Made by a program: the position numbers and the translations under genes. Positions 57,702 through 64,000 of a stretch of 64,000 nt of DNA are shown here, piece by piece (the stretch's first letter is position 1; each line of letters opens with the position of its first letter). This stretch comes from Candidatus Sulfomarinibacteraceae bacterium (GTDB lineage Bacteria > Acidobacteriota > Thermoanaerobaculia > Thermoanaerobaculales > Sulfomarinibacteraceae). The notes under the pieces are model-generated. The model made no database searches, was not told where the DNA came from, and saw only the letters and a list, made by a program, of their open reading frames with translations. The DNA is taken from positions 94,746 to 158,745 of the forward strand of contig CAVQQC010000022.1 of assembly GCA_963714895.1 (NCBI GenBank), in the 5' to 3' direction.

Positions 57702-58199
57702 TCATTCCCAGCTTCCTTCTACGAAGAGGTGCCGGGTCTCGGTGCTCGTGAACTCCTGGCCGCCGTGGTCGACGGTGAAACGCAGTTCCCAGCGTCCGTT
57801 GCGCTGCATCGGCAGCGTCGCGCGGTAGACCCCGGGCTCGTCGGTCGGCGTGAGAGCGGCGCGGAGGATGTCGCCGCTCGAGGAATTGTGGAAGGCCTCG
57901 ACCGTGATCGTGGCGCCGGTCAGTGGGGCCCCCTCGGCATCGGCGAGCGTGACCTCGAGCCGCGGCTGGTCGTCCGGCCGCTCCGGCGGCGTGACTTCGA
58001 ATTCGAAGCGCCACCCGAGGTTCTCGTTGGTGCGGTCCTGGGCCCTTTTCAGGTCCCAGTCGATGGCTTTCTGGTAATAGTCCTCTTCGACCGCGTAGGA
58101 CGGGTCCGAGGTCGCGATGAACACGACGATCAGCGAGACCACCACGTGGAGCGCGAGGGCGCCGGCGATGAGGTACGGCCAGACAGCGCCCTTCTTCAC
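57702..58199 (-). CDS. ccoH: FixH/CcoH family protein
   Basis: N-terminal TM helix, then SYAVEEDYYQKAIDWD and a beta-rich periplasmic domain. Overlaps the ccoG stop. Confidence 0.8.
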   Translation of the reverse strand: MKKGAVWPYLIAGALALHVVVSLIVVFIATSDPSYAVEEDYYQKAIDWDLKRAQDRTNENLGWRFEFEVTPPERPDDQPRLEVTLADAEGAPLTGATITVEAFHNSSSGDILRAALTPTDEPGVYRATLPMQRNGRWELRFTVDHGGQEFTSTETRHLFVEGSWE

Positions 58200-59599
58200 G
58201 ACCCACCTCCGGTTCCCGAGGGCCCGAGGATGCGGTAGTCGAGGTCGCGGCTGAAGTCGACACCGTCGTCGATGCGCAGGGTGACCGACACTTCATCGGC
58301 CGAAAACGTCGACGGCGGCGCGGTGATGAATGCGCCGGTCATCTCGGTCTCGCCGCCGGCGACCACCAGCGGGTTTTCCGGCGCCACGAGGGTGATGCCG
58401 TCGCCGTCCACCAGTTCGATGAGGTAGGAACGCTCCTCGGGTGAACGGTTGGCGATCTTGAGCCGGATCTGGTTGGAGATGTCGCCGTTGGGAAGCACGG
58501 TGAAGGGCGCGCCGAGGCCGCGCAGCAGGGTCACGTCGGCTGAGGTCTTTCCGGCGAGCGAAACGCCGAAGGCGCCGAACATCACGAGCAGGATGGCCGA
58601 GTAGACCACCAGCCGCGGCCGTAGGAAGGACCGCTTGCCGGTCTCCAGCTCGGCCTGCGAGGTGTAGGAGATGAGCCCCGGCTCGAGACCGATGCGGTCC
58701 ATCACGGCGTCGCAGGCGTCGATGCACTGGGTGCAGTGGATGCACTCCATCTGCAGACCTTCGCGGATGTCGATGCCGGTGGGGCAGGTGCTGACGCAGA
58801 GGCCGCAGTCGATGCAGTCACCGGCGGTGCGTTCTTCCTTCTTGCGCCACGGCGCCCGCTCCTCGCCGCGCTTCGGGTCGTAGCCGACGATCAGCGACTG
58901 CCGGTCGAGCAGAACCGACTGGAAGCGGCCGTAGGGACAGGCCACGATGCAGGTCTGCTCGCGGAAGTAGGCGAAGTCGAAGAACATCAGAAGCGTCGTT
59001 CCGAGCATCACGGCAAAGGCCGCCGGGTGGTGGGTCGGCGGGCTGGTCATCCAGCCGAGAAGGCGGTCCCAACCCACGAAATAGGCGAGAAAGGTGTTGG
59101 CGAGAAAGGCCGAGACGACGAAGAACACCGCGTACTTGATGAGGCGGCGTGCGTCGGGTCCGGATTCGTCGAGCTCCATCTGCCGTTTGCGGCCGCCTTC
59201 GATGAGGTTTTCGAGCGGCCGGTAGAGAAACTCCATGTAGACGGTCTGCGGACAGCCCCAGCCGCACCACACCCGGCCGAGCACGGCGGTGATCAGGAAG
59301 ATCCCGATGAAGATCGAGAACAGGAGCAGCATCAGGAGAAAGGTGTCGGTGGGCAGAAAGGTCGCGCCGAACAAGGTGAACTCGCGTTTCGGGATGTCGA
59401 ACAGCATCAGCGGTTTGCCGCCGATCTTGAGGATCGGGATCAGGGTGAAGGTGGCGATCAACGCCCACGCGGTCACCAACCGTCGCTTGTGGTAGTGACC
59501 TTTCGAAAGCTTGGGCCGGATCCAGCGCCGGCTGCCGTCCCGGTTGAGGGTCGAGAGGACCCTCTCCTGGGCTTCGGGCGCATTCGATGTGGTCGTCAC
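58196..59599 (-). CDS. ccoG: cbb3 oxidase accessory protein CcoG/FixG (4Fe-4S ferredoxin)
   Basis: VWCGWGCPQTV, CIVACPYGRFQ, CIDCGLCVSTCPTGIDIREGLQMECIHCTQCIDACD. Confidence 0.9.
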   Translation of the reverse strand: MTTTSNAPEAQERVLSTLNRDGSRRWIRPKLSKGHYHKRRLVTAWALIATFTLIPILKIGGKPLMLFDIPKREFTLFGATFLPTDTFLLMLLLFSIFIGIFLITAVLGRVWCGWGCPQTVYMEFLYRPLENLIEGGRKRQMELDESGPDARRLIKYAVFFVVSAFLANTFLAYFVGWDRLLGWMTSPPTHHPAAFAVMLGTTLLMFFDFAYFREQTCIVACPYGRFQSVLLDRQSLIVGYDPKRGEERAPWRKKEERTAGDCIDCGLCVSTCPTGIDIREGLQMECIHCTQCIDACDAVMDRIGLEPGLISYTSQAELETGKRSFLRPRLVVYSAILLVMFGAFGVSLAGKTSADVTLLRGLGAPFTVLPNGDISNQIRLKIANRSPEERSYLIELVDGDGITLVAPENPLVVAGGETEMTGAFITAPPSTFSADEVSVTLRIDDGVDFSRDLDYRILGPSGTGGGS

Positions 59600-59656
59600 G
59601 GCGTGCCTCAGGATTCGGTTGGTTGGCTGTCAGCCTCGGCGACGATTTCGGCCCCT

Positions 59657-60268
59657 TCACTTTGCGCCGGCGCCGACCCTCGCGGTGACCTGACCCTGCG
59701 GATCTTTCGGGTTCGGCGGATCGCTGCCGAGCAGGGTGCCGACATAGGCGCTGACCGCCATCAGTTCGGCCGGCCGCAGCTGCCGTTCCCACGCCAGCAT
59801 GCCCTTGGCGGTCACGCCGTCGCGCACGGTCGCGTAGATATCCATCAACTGGGCGCCGTGCAGCCAGTACTGGTCGGTGAGGTTGGGGCCGATGCCGCCC
59901 TCGCCGAACATCCCGTGGCAGGTGGCGCACTTGGTGTGGAAGATCTTCTTGCCGCCGTTCATCATGCTCGCGTCGGCGGTCAGATCGACCAGGGTCCCCT
60001 CGCTGATGTCGCCGAGGGCCAGGAGTTGCTCCGCCTGCCTGTCGTAGAAGGCGATCATCTCGGCATCGTATTTCTCGGTGGCGAGCATACCGCCCCCGAA
60101 GTGGAAGTAGAGGATGTAGAGCGGCGAAAAGACGATGGTCAGCCAGAAGATGGCCAGCCACCACCGCGGCAGCGGATTGTCGTACTCCTGGATGCCGTCG
60201 TAGGCGTGGTCCAGCAGGGAGTCCTGGTCGGCCGCTGTCGGATCGTGATCGGTGTGCTCGTGGCTCAC
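59657..60268 (-). CDS. ccoP: cbb3-type cytochrome c oxidase subunit III CcoP (only one CxxCH visible)
   Basis: GIQEYDNPLPRWWLAIFWLTIVFS N-terminal domain, single heme motif CATCHG. GTG start with AAGGAGG ribosome-binding site. Confidence 0.8.
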   Translation of the reverse strand: MSHEHTDHDPTAADQDSLLDHAYDGIQEYDNPLPRWWLAIFWLTIVFSPLYILYFHFGGGMLATEKYDAEMIAFYDRQAEQLLALGDISEGTLVDLTADASMMNGGKKIFHTKCATCHGMFGEGGIGPNLTDQYWLHGAQLMDIYATVRDGVTAKGMLAWERQLRPAELMAVSAYVGTLLGSDPPNPKDPQGQVTARVGAGAK

Positions 60269-60471
60269 GAGTGTTCGCCTCCTTTTGCGGCGGCGGTGAG
60301 GTCGTCGGCGCCGTCCTCGAGCGGCAGGTTCCGCAGGTGATCGTACGAGGGCTTGCTGCGCACGAAAAAGACCCAGACGACGATCGCCGCAAAGGTGATG
60401 AAACAGAGAATCAAGGCCACCTCGGTCCACGAGGAGAGACCGGCCGCGGACATGACGTCGGTGAGGCTCAT
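60265..60471 (-). CDS. ccoQ: CcoQ-like small membrane subunit
   Basis: 68 aa, one TM helix (WTEVALILCFITFAAIVVWVFFV), located between ccoNO and ccoP. Overlapping start/stop codons. Confidence 0.6.
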   Translation of the reverse strand: MSLTDVMSAAGLSSWTEVALILCFITFAAIVVWVFFVRSKPSYDHLRNLPLEDGADDLTAAAKGGEHS

Positions 60472-62748
60472 GACGCCTCCCCGATGACGACCGATTCTTC
60501 AACCTCGACGGCGGCCTCCGCGGGGCCGATCTCCTCTTCGATCGCCACCGGTTCGGGCTTTGTGATGTCGGTTCCCATGCGCTGCAGGTAGGCGATGAGG
60601 GCGACGATCTGTTTGTCCGCAAGCCCGTCGGGCCCGCCCTGAATGACGATCTCGGCGGCGATCGCAGCGGCTTGCTCGCGGGCGGCGGCCATGCCGTTGG
60701 CGACCTCCTCGTCGCTGTAGGGCACGCCGAGGATCTGGTGGGCGCGCATGACGGGTTCGACGCTTTCCCAGTCGAGGTCGTCGGTCAGCATCCACGGATA
60801 GGCGGGCATGATCGAGCCGGCGGTGATGGACCGCGGGTCGTCCATGTGGCGGACGTGCCACAGATCGGGGTACTTGCCGCCGATCCGCTGCAGATCGGGG
60901 CCGATCCGCCGCGAGCCCCACTGGAAGGGGTGGTCCCAGACGAATTCGCCGGGTTTGGAGTACTCGCCGTAGCGCTCGGTCTCGGCGCGGATCGGGCGGA
61001 TCATCTGCGAGTGGCAGTTGTAGCAGCCCTCCGCGAGGTAGATGTCGCGGCCGGCGAGCTCGAGCGGTGTGTAGGGCGTGACCGTGGCGATGGTCGGGAC
61101 GTTGGATTTGATGAGGAAGGTCGGGATGATCTCGAAGAACGAGGCCACCACGACCGCGATCAGCACCGCGACGGTGAATTTCAGCGGCAGACGCTCCCAG
61201 CGCCGGTGCCAGGTGGTCGAGAAGAAGCGGTCGAGCTTGTAGGCGAGGTTGACGACGTGGGCGCCGCTGGTCTTCAACTGGCCGGCCGGCTCCGGAGGAT
61301 CGGCGTACTCCTTCGACAGGGCCGGCGCTTCGTGCACCGGGACCTCGTAGGTCGAGGGCCGGTTCTTCCAGGTCATGAAGAAGTTGACGCCGAGCATGAG
61401 CGCGCCGGCGAGATAGGCGACGCCGCCGATGACCCGCACCCAGTACATCGGGATCAGCCGCAGGGTGGTTTCGACGAAGTCGCCGTACTTGAGGTAGCCC
61501 TCGGAGTCGAAGGCGAGCCACATCAGACCCTGGGTGAGACCGGCGGCGTAGATGGCGACGATGTAGAGGAGGATCCCGATCGTGCCGAGCCAGAAGTGCG
61601 CCTCGGCGAGCTTGCGGCTCCACAGCTCGGTCTGGAAGAGTCGCGGCAGCAGCCAGTAGATCATGCCGAAGATCAGGAACCCGACCCAGCCGAGCGCGCC
61701 GGCGTGGACGTGGGCGATGGTCCAGTCGGTGTAGTGGGAGAGCAGGTTGACGGACCTGACCGACAGCAGCGGCCCCTCGAAGGTCGACATGCCGTAGAAG
61801 GTGATGGCGACGACGAAGAACTTGAGCACCGGGTCCGAGGCGACCTTGTCCCACGCCCCGCGCAGGGTCAGGAGGCCGTTGAGCATGCCGCCCCACGAGG
61901 GCATCCACAGCATGACCGAGAAGAGCATCCCGAGGGTCGAGGCCCAGGCGGGGAGGGCGGTGTAGTGGAGGTGGTGCGGCCCGGCCCAGATGTAGATGAA
62001 GACCAGCGACCAGAAGTGGATGATCGACAACCGGTAGGAGAAGACCGGGCGGTTGGCGGCCTTGGGCAGGAAGTAGTACATGATGCCGAGGAAGGGCGTG
62101 GTCAGCAGGAAACCGACCGCGTTGTGGCCGTACCACCACTGCATGAAGGCGTCCTGGACGCCGGCGTAGATGGGGTAGGAGCGCCACAGCCCGGCGGGCA
62201 CCACGAGGTTGTTGAAGACGTGGAGCACCGTGATGGTGACGATGGTCGCGATGTAGAACCAGATCGCGACGTAGATGTGGCGCTCGCGGCGTTTGGCGAT
62301 GGTGCCGAAGGCGTTGATGGCGAAGGCGATCCACACCAGCGCGATGGCGATGTCGATCGGCCACTGCAGCTCGGCGTACTCCTTGCCCTGGGTGATGCCG
62401 AGGGGCAGGGTGACGGCGGCGGCGACGATGATCAGCTGCCAGCCCCAGAAGTGAATGGCGCTCAGAGTCTTCGAGAACATCGGGGTCTTGAGGAGCCGCT
62501 GCATGGAGTAGTAGACGCCGGCAAACACCGCGTTGCCCGCAAAGGCGAAGATGACCGCGTTGGTGTGGAGCGGCCGCAGCCGCCCGAAGGAGAGAAAGGC
62601 GAGCTCGAAATTGAAGAAGGGCGCCGCCAGCTGCGAGGGCGACGATCACGCCCACCAGCATGCCGACGACGCCCCAGATCAAGGTCACCAGGGTGAATTT
62701 GCGGACGATCGCGTCGTCGTAGGAAAACTGTTCGATCTTGACGGTCAT
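60468..62748 (-). CDS. ccoNO: Fused cbb3-type cytochrome c oxidase subunits I+II (CcoN-CcoO) (one frameshift as assembled)
   Basis: CcoN motifs (WWYGHNAVGF, HHLHYT, HVHAGALGW), then the CcoO part (GRDIYLAEGCYNCHSQMIRP, GPDLQRIGGKY). The N-terminal 40 aa (MTVKIEQFSYDDAIVRKF...) are in another frame; the join is at about 62630-62640. Confidence 0.9.
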
Positions 62749-62803
62749 CAAGCTCCTCCGGGCCTTCGATTGTCGGGTCGCCGCGGACCGAATGTACTTG
62801 GTC

Positions 62804-63859
62804 TCAAGTGGCGTCGCGAATAATAACAGGAATCGTTCCTTCAAGTGAGTACCAGGAGAACCAGAATGCCGACCGCACCGCTCCCAGGCGTAGGGGTTCG
62901 GCGAGTGGTTCGACATCGGCCACGCCCACAACAGTGTCGAAAGAGATGCGCAGCGGCAGGTCCCGGACCGTCACCTCGTACGAGCCGGCCGCCGTTCCGG
63001 CGGCCGCCGCCATCTGCGAGAACGAGAAGGCGAAGTCCTCACCGTCGACGGTGACGATCAGCAAGCGGTCCTTGAGCCCCGGGCCACCGGCAGGGGGCAG
63101 GGGGTCGACCGGGAACCTGAGCAGGTCGGATCCGAAGTACGAGTGGTAGGGGTCGCGTTTGTAGAGCATTTTCATGTCGGGAAGTGGCGCGAGAACGGCG
63201 GTTTCCGGGTGGCGGGCGCGCCAGTCGGCCCAGGTCGTCAGGCGCGCGCTGCGCAACGGCAGCCGAGGCTGCGAGGCGGGCGCGGGTCCGGCGACCGCTC
63301 GGCCGTCGAGTTGGGTCCACAGCGGGGTGGCCTCTGCATTGACTCGCCGGTCGTAGAGCATGGTGTTCGAGTTGTAGAGCAGCCCCGAGACTCCGAGGTC
63401 GACTTCTTCGCCTGCGATCTCCCGGCCGAAGACGGCGACGCTGTCGCACAGAGGGCTGTAGGTAACGGCGATGGGCTCGCCGCCGACGACATCGTTGACC
63501 ACTTCGTGCCACCGCATCAGCCGCAGCGGGTAGGCTCGTGCCTCGCCGCCGATCTCGATCCCGATGACCCGGTCGTCCGGCACCAACATCTTGCCGCGTT
63601 CCTCGCGGTTGAAACGATCGACCTCGGCGGCGTCCACCATCGCGGGTGCGGTCAGGGCCATCACGCCGTCGCGGTTCATGGCGCGCACGATGAGGTCTCT
63701 CGAAACCAGTGGTTCCGAAAGATCGAAGTCAGCGCCGGGATCGTGCGGCGGCGCCCGACCGAGGAGGGGGGCGATGATGACCGCGCCGACGGCCAGGGTC
63801 AGCGCGATCGCCGCCAGCGCCACCCACCAGCCGCTGCGGATGATGGACGGTGCAGCCAC
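62804..63859 (-). CDS. DUF3179 domain protein
   Basis: ARAYPLRLMRWHEVVNDVVGGEPIAVTYSPLCDSVAVF...GVSGLLYNSNTMLYD...LWTQLDGRAV. N-terminal TM helix. Confidence 0.8.
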   Translation of the reverse strand: MAAPSIIRSGWWVALAAIALTLAVGAVIIAPLLGRAPPHDPGADFDLSEPLVSRDLIVRAMNRDGVMALTAPAMVDAAEVDRFNREERGKMLVPDDRVIGIEIGGEARAYPLRLMRWHEVVNDVVGGEPIAVTYSPLCDSVAVFGREIAGEEVDLGVSGLLYNSNTMLYDRRVNAEATPLWTQLDGRAVAGPAPASQPRLPLRSARLTTWADWRARHPETAVLAPLPDMKMLYKRDPYHSYFGSDLLRFPVDPLPPAGGPGLKDRLLIVTVDGEDFAFSFSQMAAAAGTAAGSYEVTVRDLPLRISFDTVVGVADVEPLAEPLRLGAVRSAFWFSWYSLEGTIPVIIRDAT

Positions 63860-63861
63860 GG

Positions 63862-63999
63862 GTCAGAACTCCGTGGCGTCGGACGGAGGCGAGGTCTGCA
63901 CGACCGGTTCGGCAGAGCGAACCAGTGTGGCGACAGCCGCCCCCGACGGTGGCGCCGTGCCGTCGTGGCGGTGGTCGATGTCGGCGACCCCGAAACCGA
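63862..63999 (-). CDS. 3' end of an unidentified gene (5' end outside window)
   Basis: Open frame to the window edge ending ...SPPSDATEF*. The stop abuts the DUF3179 start. Confidence 0.3.
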
Positions 64000-64000
64000 G

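Overview
High-GC bacterial chromosomal segment. A VWFA-type secreted protein resembling the Acidobacteria-associated family hints at an Acidobacteria-like host, but this is unproven. Ordinary backbone genes: a 2-oxo acid dehydrogenase operon (E1a/E1b/E2/E3), tdk, a HAMP-PP2C phosphatase next to a Ser/Thr kinase with a TolB-like propeller, a tetraheme cytochrome c, a glutamate-cysteine ligase-family gene, pgi, an MqnA/D-family gene, an MFS transporter, a TetR-OMP-MFP-RND efflux operon, yraN, queA, ppc, a GGDEF protein, mscS, and a cbb3 oxidase system that is split in two (ccoI-ccoS at 29-32 kb; DUF3179-ccoNO-ccoQ-ccoP-ccoG-ccoH-TauE at 56.7-63.9 kb). The main feature is a chromosomal integron at about 32.3-45.1 kb. 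Its integrase gene intI lies on the same strand as, and upstream of, its cassette array, which is the unusual 'inverted' architecture. The array has at least 15 copies of one conserved 67-75 bp attC family (GCCTAAC...GTTAGGC) plus a few divergent attC sites. Its cassettes are mostly toxin-antitoxin pairs: HigBA x2, RelE/RHH, YefM/YoeB, BrnTA, MazEF, HicAB, DUF4160/DUF2442, and DUF4258/MqsA-like next to intI. The rest are small proteins of unknown function, ORF-less cassettes, and a 159-nt structured ORF-less element inserted at the G|TT crossover of three attC sites. Intergenic DNA throughout the window carries unusual repeats: tandem heptamer/octamer arrays ((GGAATTC)n, (GGATTTC)n, (AAGCCCC)n and others) often arranged as long inverted repeats, REP/REPIN-like hairpins, a 42-bp tandem array, and a two-copy structured element with compensatory base changes. 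More than 20 single-base frameshifts, usually in or next to short homopolymer runs, break otherwise conserved genes including essential ones. This points to assembly indel errors rather than real pseudogenes. No rRNA, tRNA or CRISPR was recognised.
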